Source: Octopus vulgaris | Lineage: Eukaryota | Reading direction: 5' to 3' | DNA length: 64,000 nt | Assembly (NCBI GenBank): GCA_951406725.2 | Contig: OX597824.1 | Span: forward strand, 53,444,001-53,508,000 | Part shown: piece by piece, positions 1 to 12,348 of the stretch | Position numbering within the stretch: position 1 is the first letter of the stretch | Layout: every line of letters begins with the position of its first letter | Made by a program: the position numbers and the translations under genes | Notes under the pieces: model-generated | Databases searched by the model: none | Told to the model about the DNA's origin: nothing | What the model saw: the letters and a program-made list of their open reading frames with translations, nothing else

Positions 1-19
1 AGTGCCTCTGCTCCTCGCT

Positions 20-1507
20 TTACAAAAGCAGGAATACTCCCGTTTTGCTGCCAGTTGCAGTAGACAGCTGCCAAGACGCCTCCAAACAAGTCTGGCATAT
101 GACAATAAAGTTCGTAGGGCAGACCATCCAAGCCTGGTGACTTTCTCTCGCGCAGCCCTCCATCGCATCCTGTACGTCCGCAGCTGTGATAGACCTTTCA
201 CAAGACTCCACCTCTCTTGCTGAGAGTCGTGGCAAGGCATGCAGGTAGGCACTAAAGTCCACTCTGCGTTCTGACCCACCACTTGTCCCAAACAGTTGGG
301 TGAAGTGTTGTTGAAAAGCCCCACACATCCTTTTAGGCTCGAGCAATTCGCGCCCCTGTTCATCTATAAGAGACTTGATGGTGGCTCTGTTGCCTCGTTG
401 CGTCTCCACCACTCGGGCCTCTTGGGCGGCTCCAACTCCTTCGTTCCTCAGAGCACGCATCCTAGCTCTGACAACGCATCCCTCGTGTTTGGCGTTGAGG
501 TGTTGGTCGAGGGCCAATCTCGCCGCCAGCACGTTGGACGCGATGCCAGTTCTAAGTGCCTCTTCTAAAACCTTAACTAATTCTCCCTCTATTCTATTTC
601 GGTCTAATGCTAGGGCTTTACTGTATCTGACTGATTCTGCTTTAATTGCTTTTTTTAGGGCATACCACCATCTGTTGTTGATGATGGTACCCGTCAAAGC
701 TCTCTTAACTAATGTGCTGATCCGGTCCCTGTAAACCTGTCGTGCTGTAAAAGACGCGTTCAGTTTCCAGTAACCAGGACCCTGCCTATGTGTCTTATCT
801 AAGTCAAGTGTACAAGTCACAAACTTGTGATCTGTGTAACTGACTATATGAAATTGTGGACAACCTATACTATTTTTATCTATTGTCCTACAGAATACTC
901 TATCTAAGTATGATCTGGACGACCCGATGCGGTTACTCCATGTCCACATTGGCACATTCGGGTGGTCCAGTCGGTACCTGTCAGACAGTTGGAAACGTCT
1001 GAGCAGGTCTTTGAGGCATTTGCATCCCCTTCTGTTGCTATCTCTGCCCACGTAGTCTAGATGCGTGTCCAGGGTGGCATTCCAATCCCCCACTAAAAGT
1101 AAAGGACGAGACGTTCCCATGAAAGACTCTAGACGTCGAAAGAAATCTGGTCGGCCTGTTAAGGACGGAGCATAAACTGTTATCAGTCGAAAAGCACACT
1201 CATTGCTGCCATCGACATCCAAAACGACCAGCCTACCCTCCGGGTCTAGGAAAATTGCTCTTACTTTGAGATCCAGACTCTTCCGGAGAAGCACCGCGGT
1301 GCCACCTCCGCCCATTCTCGGTAGACACGGAGAAAAATAAATGTTGAAATGTGTACCGAACATGTGCTGGAGTGCCCGCGAGCTGTGGAGTCTGGTCTCA
1401 CTGATGGCTATGATATTCAGATTTAGTGACTTGATATCATTTAACAGGTAGCCTTGTTTCCAAGGCGACCCCAAGCCACGTACATTTATACTGCCTATTC
1501 TGAGCAT
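20..1507 (-). pseudogene. ORF2 of the L1/Tx1 element: APE endonuclease and linker, frameshifted at about 145 at the start of the RT
   Basis: 495-aa ORF with APE motifs. Past about 145 another frame reads KSPGLDGLPYELYCHMPDLFGGVLAAVY, the conserved RT N-terminal motif, which indicates a 1-bp indel. Confidence 0.92.
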
Positions 1508-1850
1508 GTTCCGATAAAAAATTGTGTTTTACACACGAAGAGAAAGTGCAAAAAAGGAAAGAGAGAGAGAAAAGGTTACTTGTTGTCCGAAAGTCCTTTG
1601 TTTTTCACCTCACAGTCTTCTTCCATGAGGTTTTTATATAGTTTCTTAGATGAATATTTTTGAAATCTCCCTACTGCATCAGGGTAAAGAGATTTCAGGG
1701 TGCTGTATGTGTTCTGTGTTACGTGTATTATTTTAATGTGTTGTGGTGGTGTTGTGCGTGGGTGGTTATTTGTTTTTATGTCGTTTTCAGTTATGTTGGT
1801 GTTTGACCTAATGTGTTCCATTAGGTCGTGGTTGTTTGTGTTTATGGCTG

Positions 1851-3812
1851 TCAACATTGTTGGGGGTTTGATGATGGTGTGTTTGTGTTGATGTGTTTGT
1901 TTTCTGTGGATGTTTTTGTTTCGGGAGTGGTGAATCTTCCTGCTTTGTTTGTTATCTTTTCTTTTCTTTTTTTCCTTTTTTCTTCTCCCCCTGTGGCTAT
2001 TTGCCAATCTTCTGTGTCTTCTTCGTCTAATGACAAATCAGAGGAATCAGAGCTTGGGAGGGGGAAAATATTGGGGTCTATTGTAGACTGTGTTGATTTT
2101 GTTGTTGGTGTTGGTTGGTGAGCGTTAGGTTGTGGTGTATGCGGTTTTGGAGGTGGGGTGTGGGTATTTTGTGTTTGAGTGATTGTAGGTATTGTTGTGT
2201 TGTTTGGGGTGTCAATTTTGTGGGGATTTGGAGTAGTAATTGTTTCTTCATTTTCGATGAGTGTCTTTTTGGCAGATGTCCTTGGTTTGGGAGTTGGTTT
2301 ATTCTTGGTTGTTGTTGTTGGTGTTGCTTCTGTTCTTGGTGCAGTTGGTGGTGTTGTTTGGTTGGTGAAGTTTGTTTTTTTTTTTTGATTTTCTGTGATT
2401 AGTCCTGTTTGTACAAATTGTGGTGTGGGTAGTAAAGCTGGCTTTTTTGTTTTTTCCGGCTGCTGTTGTTGTTGCTGTTGTTTTCTTGCAGCATATTTGC
2501 AATCTTTTTTTAGGTGTTGCTCACTGCCGCATATGTAGCAACGTGGTCTTCTGCCATCGACGACCACATACAACTTGTGGTCTTCTGATACACATATCTG
2601 GGTGGGTATTTTGTTTATGTCATCTTGGTTTATGTGTAGTAGAAATTCTACTCTTTTTCCCACCCAGTTTTTGTGTTCCGTGACCGTAGTTTCTAAAATT
2701 GTGAAATCTTCCATTTTCACACATAAGGCCTTTACTAGCCATAGATTGTCTGCTATTTTGGGGACATTGTTTAAAGTGATCTTAGTCACTTTCTGTCCAC
2801 GATAGCTTGGTATTAATGTTAGTTCATCTGAATGAAGAGTTAGCGTTGAGAAACGTTTTGCTAACTCTTCAGTGTGGAAGACCACTTGTATGTGTGCGAA
2901 CTTGTTCCACCAGGTCACATACTCTTTGTAGTTCCAGATGGGTTTCAAGCATTTTTCGATTTTGCTTGTGTTAACCTTCTCTGGACTTTTTGTTTTCTTA
3001 TTAATTATTTTATATATAATAGTTCTTTTTTTTTCATTTTCTAATATTTCTTGTGGTATGTTTATTTTTACTATACCATCTACTTCCGTTATTAAAATTT
3101 TCGTATCTTTTATCTGCTGTGCAGTAAAATATACTGTTGTCTTTTTTTCTTTTATCGCCTCGGCGAAATTTGTTGTTGTTTTGTTATTGTTGTTGCTGGT
3201 GGTGATGTTGTTGGCTGCAGTTGGTAAAATCGTTGTATTTGGTTTGATTGTGCAAGTAGGAAGGGGTGGAAAATTACTTGCATAGTTTGTCCCTGTGTTC
3301 GAGCAGCTTTTGTCAATTTGTTTGGTGGTCACAGTCTTTTGTTTATTCCCTTCAGTTCTTGTTGTTGGAGGAAACAAGGTCTGAACGGAATTGTTGTTGT
3401 TGTTATTGTTGTTTTTGTTGTTGGTGTTGGCGGTGGTGTCAGTGGCAGAAGAGACAGCCGTGGCAGCAGATGTCGAAATGGTGGCGCAATTGTTGTTATT
3501 CTTGTTGTCATTGTTATTGTTGTTGTTGGTGGTGGTAGTTGAGGTAGTGGATGAGGTGGCGGTGGCGGTGGTGGTGGAGGCGGTGGTGGTAGCAGTAGTA
3601 GTCTCGTTGTTGTTGTTGTTAGTGGTGGTAGTGACAGTGCTGGCAGCGTTAGTGGTGGTGGTGACAGTGGTTGCAGCGTTCACTACCACGTCATTCAGGT
3701 TTGCACTTTGCGTGAATGAGTTCTTTTTTTCTTCTCCTAGCGTTTCCAGACTAGGAAAATGTTGGTCGATAAAGGAACGCGACCAGCGTTCTACAATACA
3801 ATTTCTCGACAT
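1851..3812 (-). CDS. ORF1 (gag-like nucleic-acid-binding protein) of the L1/Tx1 element
   Basis: Open frame 1851-3896; first ATG (MSRNC) at 3812. CCHC knuckle CYICGSEQHLKKDC, Thr/Asn low-complexity N-terminus, RRM-like middle region. Confidence 0.85.
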   Translation of the reverse strand: MSRNCIVERWSRSFIDQHFPSLETLGEEKKNSFTQSANLNDVVVNAATTVTTTTNAASTVTTTTNNNNNETTTATTTASTTTATATSSTTSTTTTNNNNNNDNKNNNNCATISTSAATAVSSATDTTANTNNKNNNNNNNNSVQTLFPPTTRTEGNKQKTVTTKQIDKSCSNTGTNYASNFPPLPTCTIKPNTTILPTAANNITTSNNNNKTTTNFAEAIKEKKTTVYFTAQQIKDTKILITEVDGIVKINIPQEILENEKKRTIIYKIINKKTKSPEKVNTSKIEKCLKPIWNYKEYVTWWNKFAHIQVVFHTEELAKRFSTLTLHSDELTLIPSYRGQKVTKITLNNVPKIADNLWLVKALCVKMEDFTILETTVTEHKNWVGKRVEFLLHINQDDINKIPTQICVSEDHKLYVVVDGRRPRCYICGSEQHLKKDCKYAARKQQQQQQQPEKTKKPALLPTPQFVQTGLITENQKKKTNFTNQTTPPTAPRTEATPTTTTKNKPTPKPRTSAKKTLIENEETITTPNPHKIDTPNNTTIPTITQTQNTHTPPPKPHTPQPNAHQPTPTTKSTQSTIDPNIFPLPSSDSSDLSLDEEDTEDWQIATGGEEKRKKRKEKITNKAGRFTTPETKTSTENKHINTNTPSSNPQQC

Positions 3813-4010
3813 TTTGAAAATGTCGAGAAGAAAATTACACAAATTAAATAGGGTTGAAACTGCCCCTATGGGCGAATTCCTCCATTGGAAAAGCACTCAA
3901 ACGAAAGTTGGGTGCCTTACACACCTTATTTACAAAAATGTACACAAAATATGGGCTATAAATAGTCAAAATAAACGATTACCTTCGGAGCCGAAGTGAC
4001 AGCACGTCCG

Positions 4011-4096
<86 letters not shown>

Positions 4097-4224
4097 TGTT
4101 TCTTTATTAGCCACACAGGGCTGCACACAGACAGGACAAAATTACAAGGTAGAGCTTTTCTTTTGGCGGTAAAAGAAGGGGGTTTGGTTTTCGATCAAAA
4201 GGGATCGTAAATGGAAAGAAAGAG

Positions 4225-4322
<98 letters not shown>

Positions 4323-4325
4323 TGA
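4011..4325. repeat. (TAGA)n/(CAGA)n microsatellite interrupted by a ~130-bp insert
   Basis: Seen directly in the sequence. Confidence 0.95.
4096..4224 (-). mobile_element. 5'-truncated LINE 3' end inserted in (TCTA)n
   Basis: Minus strand ends ...GTGTGGCTAATAAAGAAACAT then (ATCT)n. It has a polyA-signal-like motif and the same microsatellite on both flanks. Confidence 0.55.
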
Positions 4326-4940
4326 ACAAAATGCATGACTTAACGTTTGTGAGCGCGTAGAATACTTCCATCTCATCAGATGTAAGAAGCAGAGTGGAGG
4401 TTTTGAGAAATACAAGATGGCTTCTCATTTTCGCTACTAGCCTGATATGTCACGTGTTATTAATGCTATCAAAGCAACACCAACAACTTTATTTATTTTC
4501 GGTCCCATGTGTTTGGGCAGGATGTTGGCAGGGGACTGGTGCCAATTTGGCGACAGGTTGCAACGTCATCAGTTCTTTGTACTGGGCACCGTATATGGTG
4601 GGGTGAGATTTGGCGCGAGTCAGTAGCTCAGTTGTTCACTGGAGTATGAACATATAAATGACGGCAGCCTTTACGTAGGAGTAATTAACTTTGATGATGT
4701 TGGGTTACAATTGAGGTTGCATGACGAATATCTTTGGGATTTAGTGTAACATAGGCGGTAGGGATTACATTCCCTGTCTTTGTGTGAGGGACACTGAGTC
4801 CTAGGGTGATTATATCCGAGTTGTAAGCTGTCGGTGGCTTGAAGTTCATTAATAAGGAGTATCATTTAATGTGTGAACACCGTTTGTGTATGTATGTATG
4901 TATGTGTGTATGTATTTATGCATGCATGCATGTATATATG

Positions 4941-5486
4941 TACGTTGTTCTCTTTCTCTTCTTAATTTACAACAAATTTTGACCGGCCATCTGTTTGATA
5001 GCAAGGTTTTGAAGGAAATATTTCTTTTTACCATCATTCTTTAAATCTTATGGAGGTCTTACAGATTTTTATAGTCCCAGATATTCGCGACCTTTAATAC
5101 CATATGAATTAAGGATTTGCCTTTTCTCCCCAAGATTCCAAGTTCAGCCATACTTTGCTCCAGACAAATCGGTACGTATCCTGTTGCTTCAATAATAGGT
5201 ATGAAGTTGAAAGTGTATCTTGGGGACTGGATTTGCAAACTCCTTATCAACGGTCCATAGATGTCCTCTTTCTTTTGTATTTTACAAGCCACATTTGTGC
5301 CCAGATGGCAGATGATTTCCACAACAGAACATATCTTTTCTTTGTGGATCCACACAACGATATCTAGCCGGTAGTGTTTTAACATGGTGGCTGTTGAAAT
5401 TTTTAAGTTCCATCAATATTCTTTTGACCTATCGATCTCAACTTGGTTTGTAGATATTTTCCTTTTTATTATCCAGTTCCAGACTG
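4941..5486 (-). mobile_element. 3' fragment of an RLE-type (R4/R2/NeSL-like) non-LTR retrotransposon
   Basis: ORF 5059-5385 HYRLDIVVW..ICSVVEI..KEDIYGPL..FIPII.ATG resembles the RPD-(D/E)xK restriction-like endonuclease. Flanked on both sides by (TATG)n. Confidence 0.8.
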
Positions 5487-5554
5487 TGTGTATGTATGTA
5501 TGTATGTATGTATGTATGTATGTATGTATGTATGTATGTATGTATGTATGTATG

Positions 5555-5588
<34 letters not shown>

Positions 5589-5999
5589 CGTACGAATATA
5601 TGTATGAACGAATATATGTCTATGAATATTGAGAGGGATGGAGAAAATGTGTGAGGATGATAATAGTTTTCTGTTATTTTGTTACGAGAGCCAGCTGCAT
5701 GAATATATACCTGTTATTAGTCTGTGGAGAACTAATGTTTCTGCGCTGGTGGTTTGTTTTACCAGGCTATACCTAATACGTAAATCCACCAGTGCGTCCT
5801 TTCTTTAACGGATCCTACTTAATCATACAAATTCTAAGATATCTTCATTAAAAATAAGAATGAAAATAAAAATATCTATATATATAACTTACTATAATAC
5901 AAAAATCCTATAATTATAAGCATAATTATAATTAGGGTTCAGCAAAAGTCTATAATTATATGCATACATGCGCGCGCGCACACACACACATTCACACGC

Positions 6000-7290
6000 A
6001 CACTTCACTCTGAAAGCCCACAAAACCAACTTCTCCACTAATCTTTCTATTAGACTGATCTACGCCAGCCACTGAATCACACTTGGGTCGAATTAGCAAA
6101 TGCATTATCGATCGAATTCTACCCCTAGTTAGGACTAAGGTTAATCTTCCGCTTTGGAATTGTACTGGTGACGTCATCACCTGGTTCTACTCTCTTCCTG
6201 ATAAGCAGTACACCCATTTATTTCAGTTTGGCATTTCTAATTACTGTTCTTCCATATCGCCAATTCTCTTAAATAAAGCCTTAATTTTCACGTGAGAGTA
6301 CGCACCTATCTCTCAATCTGATATTGACATCTTCTGGCTGCTAGGATTACACTAATTCAATTTAAAGATGATTACCGGACCTGCAACTTATCTACAGATG
6401 TTTTTGATATAACCATGAGCTCCTTTAACTCAGCCCAGGTTACTGACCTAGTTGCCCTGTTTCTTCTTTCCCAAATTAAACAAGCCTTCCCCTAACCTCT
6501 CCGGAGGGCTCTATAGGGATGATGCACACCTTACAGCAACTGGATTATTTCGACCTTCTTTTGAACGCACCAAGAAAGCCCTACATAATTGTTTTTAATT
6601 ATTACCAAAGTATCTTATTCGAAAACGATACTAAAATGGTCAATTTCTTAGACGTTACTCTGGACTTAAATATAAATCTATATCACCCAATCGATCATTA
6701 AAGTAAATCAACGTCCTCTCAAATTACCCTAGTTTTACCCTTAATAGTATAGTCACAGGTATTTCTATCCTAATCTCCAACTTATCTGCTATTTTTTAAC
6801 AGTTATGTGCCATATTATAATCAGGCTCTCCAGATAAGTGGTTTCCGCGAAAAGATCTCGTATATCCCCAACACTAAGCTTAAAACAAAAATTACATATC
6901 TCTTTCCTAATACTAACCTCGAATCTACTTAAGTTTCTTCTATTCAAAAACAATTCAGCAACCCTCAAAAAAAAGCCTGCTACGCATTGCACTCAGCAGC
7001 CCCACTGGCCACCTCGAATTTATAACTACAAGCCTCCCTATCTAGACCCACCCACTATAACAACATGCTCTAAACATTCTAAAGACAGGAAGCGGGAGAG
7101 CATATAACTCGCATCACCTTTCTCCCTCAAAGTTAAATCTCTACCCAAACATTTTTTAAATCCTAAACTTCCCACCATAGCATAAATATAACCCTGTCTT
7201 CAATAAATCGTCTGCTAAAATCTCCTGTTCTACTGCACCTAATTTGGGATCCATAATTGCCTCCTCTAACAGACGCAAACTACAATACTA
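6000..7290 (+). mobile_element. Degenerate Penelope-like element (RT and thumb remnant)
   Basis: Broken frames read LWNCTGDVITWF, FGISNYCSSISPILLNKAL, FDITMSSFNSAQVTDLV, GLYRDD, VNFLDVTLDL. Confidence 0.85.
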
Positions 7291-7519
7291 GTCCTTACAA
7301 CCTACAATCTGTCCCACTGAGCCCACCTTAACCCACCTAGTGGAAATAATACAACCCTTAGTGATCATTCTCGACTCAACAATATCAAACTCTAGACATC
7401 TTCCCACCATACTACTCATACGACCACATATACTAGCGGTGATGCCCCTCCCAATCCAATACTGATACCAATTATACCTCCATTTCCTTTGCATAGGAAC
7501 TGGACCTCTCCAGCGGTAA

Positions 7520-9820
7520 TCACTGCGACTCTTGAAGAACTTCCTCAGTGACGACTACTAATCTATCTACCAGAATCCTAGCGAAGATCTTTTCAGCGAT
7601 GGTGAGAAGGGAGATGCTGCGATAGTTACCGCAAATTGTCCCCCTTAAAGACTGTAATGTAGTCGTGTCCTTATGGCCCGCAGGAACAATTTCTGCCTCC
7701 CACATGCATTGGATAAGACAGGAGCCCAATGAGATATGTTGTCAAGGTCAGATGCTTTCCATGCGTCAATGCCTTTTAGGGCTTTTTCAAACTCAGAGTA
7801 GTTTGTTAGGAGTGACATCCAATGTCAGATCGGATATTAGGGGACATTTCAGAGCAGGTCAACAACTGCGGTAGATGGCCGGTTGAGGAGTATTTGAAAG
7901 TGTTCTTTCCATCGTTTAAGAATATCTTGATCATCTGTAAGTGAGGTTAAGCCGTCGGCGGATTTGTTACCGAAGATTTCCTATCTCACAATCTGCGAAC
8001 AACAGTATATCCCTTGTTTTTTCTTGCCACTAGAGATTCTAGAGTTCACGGAGCCTACGCTGGCATTGTTACTTGGCTTCCCAGAAGTGTCATAAGTGGG
8101 TGTGCGTTGGGAAATTCTCCTACACCAGACGAGATTTTCTCTTTCGTTGATCAGTTTGGTAATCTGCTCATCATTTTGGTCAAACCAGTCTTGGGCGTGT
8201 TTGTAATAGCCAATTATTTCCTCAGCAGCTTAAGAGATCGTTTTGCGTAAGATGGACCAATATGCTTCCTCACTGTCCATCTGCAGTGATGGGGGTACCG
8301 CCTGTAGAAGTTTCGTGAGGCAAAACGAGTAATCCCGCTCGACTGTGTAGGTCTTTAATTTAGAAACATCAAAACGCTGTGATCTCTTTGCAGATTTAAT
8401 GTGGTAGGGGAGGTTTCGCAGCTGGAGCCTGAGTCAGGAAATGATTAGTCGATGATCCGTCCAACAGTCATCTGCGCTGGAGAGACTTCGGGTCACGAGT
8501 AGGTCGCTCCTGTCATAGGATCTGGTGAGGACCTAGTTCAGGATGTACCAGTGCTTTGATACTGGATGCCTCCATGGGGTCTAGTGCCAGTTGGGAAGAC
8601 GGAAGAGGGTGTTAGTAATCACCAGCTCATTTTAGCACGTAAGTCAAGGAGAAGCCTGTACGTTCAAGTTGTAGTTTCCCACACCTTGCTTTCCCAGAAT
8701 TCTCGTCCAGAGATCATTAGCTCGTCCTAGCGTGGAAATGCCCCAACACGAGGAGTTTGTCTCTTCTTGGCATGATCTGTATGATTTTGTTGAGATCGGA
8801 GTAGAAAGAGTAGAAAGAATCATTGATCTCATCGCCAGAATTAAGGGTAGGCGCGTAAGCTGAGATCAACGTAAGACGATTGTTATTGGAAAGGGGAAGG
8901 TGGAGGGACACGAGGCGTTCAGTGATAGAAATTAGAGCTATATTGTATCTGTTTACTATGGAAGTCTTCACCACGAAACCAACACCGTGGATTCGCTGCT
9001 CTATAAGATCTTTGCCTTTCCAGAAAAAGGGGTAATTCGTTCCTTCTTCACAAAGACTGCTCTCACCAGAGTGTCTTGTTACGGATTGAGCTGCGAAGTT
9101 CACATTGTAGCGATTCAACACCCTGCTCACTAGAGCAGTGTTCCAGTGGGATCTGTCCGTGTCATCCTGGTCCAGGAATGTGCACACATTCCAAGTCGCC
9201 ACAATGCGGAAAGTTTTCTTTTTCTTGTCCTTGCTACTGCTTTAGTGGTTTACCAACGGCCGCGGTAAGCCAATCAGGGAAAAAGGGCAGTGTACAATGT
9301 TTACACCACCCTTTCTAGGGACTTCTCCGTGCAGGGTGGGTTGCGGTCATCCTGAATAAACCAGCCCAGTCACATCCTACATCTGTCAAACAGCCACGGC
9401 ATTACATCTTGTGGATAGGATGACCTTCACGTAAGAGCCGCCAGCATATGACTCCGGACAAGGGGTTTCCACCTGACCAAGCCTTCCCCCGTTGCCTGTT
9501 GACCATTGCTACTGGAATTAGGGGAGGGAGTGGAAGGCTTGTTGTTTAAGCCGCAGATATCTTTCGCGTGGTTTTGTTTAGAGTGGACCATGTGTTTCGA
9601 TGATAAGGCCCATGTAGTTGGCCACTCGCCTTCACCAGCGGCACCATCGGGATTGGTGACATGCTGGATCTGGTTAGGGTAGTTGCAGCGGGCTGTCGGG
9701 TGTCTCAAATATAATCGATATCCGTCTTGGTAATGGATATCGCAAGGTAACGGTGGTTTTTATACCGGAGTTTCCTTCTCCTGGACGGACTGCTTTCCAG
9801 GCTGACGAGCTCCATTTACT
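7520..9820 (-). mobile_element. Degenerate RTE-clade LINE (5'UTR, APE, start of RT; 3'-truncated)
   Basis: ATWNVCTF..TALVSRVLNRYNV..FFWKGK..HGVGF..ISAYAPT; CGNYRSISLLTIAEKIFARIL..LQESQ; many stops and frameshifts. Confidence 0.9.
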
Positions 9821-11786
9821 CAAAAGTATACATGCTATGACAATAATGACTAAGGGATTGTTCTACATTCCTCAAAACCCTGGAACTCTCGTACCAAGGT
9901 CCTCTCTACTGGATGCAGTTTACAGTCTTAACCAGGACATTGTCAATCAGTAGCATAGGACATTTAGATTTTATAGGAAGTTCTATAAAGAACCCATAAA
10001 ATAGGCTAGTAATGAACAGTCTAGTTTATATTTTTGTACTTACTTTTGCGGTTCTGGACACGATACAGGTTGAAAATAAAATATATTAAAATATTACAGA
10101 ACCTCGCTGTGCGTAAAATGATAATATAAACATAATCTTTTCATGAGCTAAGTGTGCGGAGAAAAGAGTAGTGGAGTCTCCTGACGGATAATTTCACAGT
10201 TTGTTGACTGCGCCTCAAAGGTCTATCCAGCCTTTTCTCTAATTAATAGCATAGAATATTCATATGCTTATATATATATATATAAAGCATTCATAAATTA
10301 GGCTAGCAAAGTTGTAGTTTGTCTAGACAATCTGGTTTCTTCACAACTTATAAAAGAATACGTAATAAACTCCCTTCCTTAACCTAAAGCGTGAGGGAGA
10401 CTGACTGGTATATATTGACGGTTAAGTCGATATACCGTTGCGTTCAAAGAATTCCTTGAAGTATTTATTCCGCTTCTACTGCGTAGTGACTCATTCATCA
10501 TACTAAGAACAGGGAACTCATTGGGCTGTCGGGAACTTATAACGAATAAGGTTAAACAATAATCTTGTATAACAAGATTTGTGATACAATACAAAACAAC
10601 AAATCTCCCTCAAATCACATTCAACTGTCTTTAAAAAGAAAGGATACATTTGATAAAATAATCAAAATCACACTGTGCCCAGAAATAAGATGGAATAGTC
10701 ATGACTGGATCATAAGTCTACATGATCTAGAAACATTCGACTAAACTACAGACACTAAATTTACTCTCAAAAGACAAAGAGGCCAAGTTGCTGATGTGGA
10801 CACTATATACTAAGAGATGTTTAGGAAGGACCTCCACGTGTGTCACCACTATAAACTGACTCCTTGGTGGGAGCCATAGTCACTTTCCAATTTTCTTGAA
10901 CTCATTCCTAAGCTTCGAACTGATTTCACGGACAACGGTTAGAAACGTCATTTTCCATTCCCTCTTTTTATCTTTTTGGAAAACATGGTTACCATTCCAG
11001 GTGAAACAGTTAACTTAACCCTTAATCTAATCAATTGATTTATTGTTTGCTTATTTACGAAATTATTTCTTTTTGTTTTTGTTGTCATTCTATATATTTA
11101 TTATGTTTTTGTTTAGTATTATTTCTCGACCATCCATCGTCTTAATTCTATACATTAAACATTGAGCACCTATGGAAAAAAAATAAAAGGGAAGGAAAAC
11201 AGGACAGGGAAATAAAAATGGCGTATCAAATGTTTATATGACATTGATTAGAAAACAATCGTATGACAGCGGGATTCCATTTATTCGAAAATGATGTTAT
11301 TTTTTGTTTCGTTTTTTAATTATTTCGTCAACATTCTACTGGTTTCATTGCGTACAATTAGATTTTGTAAGAATTATTATACATTCGTATTGAGTTATTC
11401 AGTTTATAACAGGAGATACGCTGTATTCGGTGAAATACATGACAGAGCAGAAAATAAACATGAAAAATATAAACCCTTGGTAATATCATTATTGAGATTA
11501 TTTTACTCTTATTATCGATGGCGAGGAGGAGGAGGAGGAGGGGAGGAGCAGCAGCAGGACGCGGACGACGACGACCATCACCACCATTACCACCACAACG
11601 ATGATGATGACGATGACATTGATGGTACTTTTGTTTTTGCTATAGTTCTTGGTGAAATTATAAAATTTTCTTTGGCATGAACTCCATCAAAATGTCAGCG
11701 AATACTTGAGTCTGTCTTCTGTTCAAGCTGACGTGAGATTTGTTTTTATTCTATAGTTTTACTGAAACTAATGAAAGATAAAAGGA

Positions 11787-11841
<55 letters not shown>

Positions 11842-12144
11842 ATGTTAGTGTGAGTATTACGTATATATGTGCGTGTATATGGAGGGGGGTAGAAAGATAG
11901 TGCGTGGGGGCTTAGTGAATATGTATGAGTGCATATCTATGTATATTTGTCTGTGGGAGAGAGTGATAAGACAACAAAAGCGCGATAAAGCATTGCAAAG
12001 AGGAGGAGGGAAGAAAGATACAAATAAATGGAATAAAACGAGCGAAACAGTATCAGATCTAATGAAAACCTATTGTGAGGTATTCAATATAAAATGACTT
12101 TGTATACACATATAAGTTAAACATGTGCATATAAATACATACAT

Positions 12145-12217
<73 letters not shown>

Positions 12218-12348
12218 CAAACACATATTGATGAAATATATATGTATATGTACGTATGCAAGTATATATGTATATAAACGTATTGTAAGATCATTATGCA
12301 GACGTGTATGTTATTTCTATGAATAGACTCTACGTATATATATATATA

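Larger units (their letters stand above)
1..4010 (-). mobile_element. L1/Tx1-clade non-LTR retrotransposon, 5' half (5'UTR, ORF1, APE endonuclease, start of RT); continues off the window edge
   Basis: Two-ORF layout with zinc-knuckle ORF1 and an ORF2 carrying L1/Tx1 motifs (SINVRGL, ISETR, LVGDWN, SYLDR, TDH, GPGYWKLN). The 5' end abuts (TAGA)n at 4011. Confidence 0.93.

Noticed and set aside
3391-3999. 202-aa hydrophobic plus-strand ORF
   Set aside because: Antisense shadow of the Thr/Asn-rich LINE ORF1.
5720-5810. Possible decayed minus-strand hammerhead (GCACTGGTGG/CCACCAGCGC stem then GAAAC) upstream of the PLE
   Set aside because: The CUGANGA half and stem I cannot be recognised.
11291-11680. 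129-aa ORF with G/Q/D/H runs
   Set aside because: Compound trinucleotide microsatellite in AT-rich DNA; no domain or splice support.
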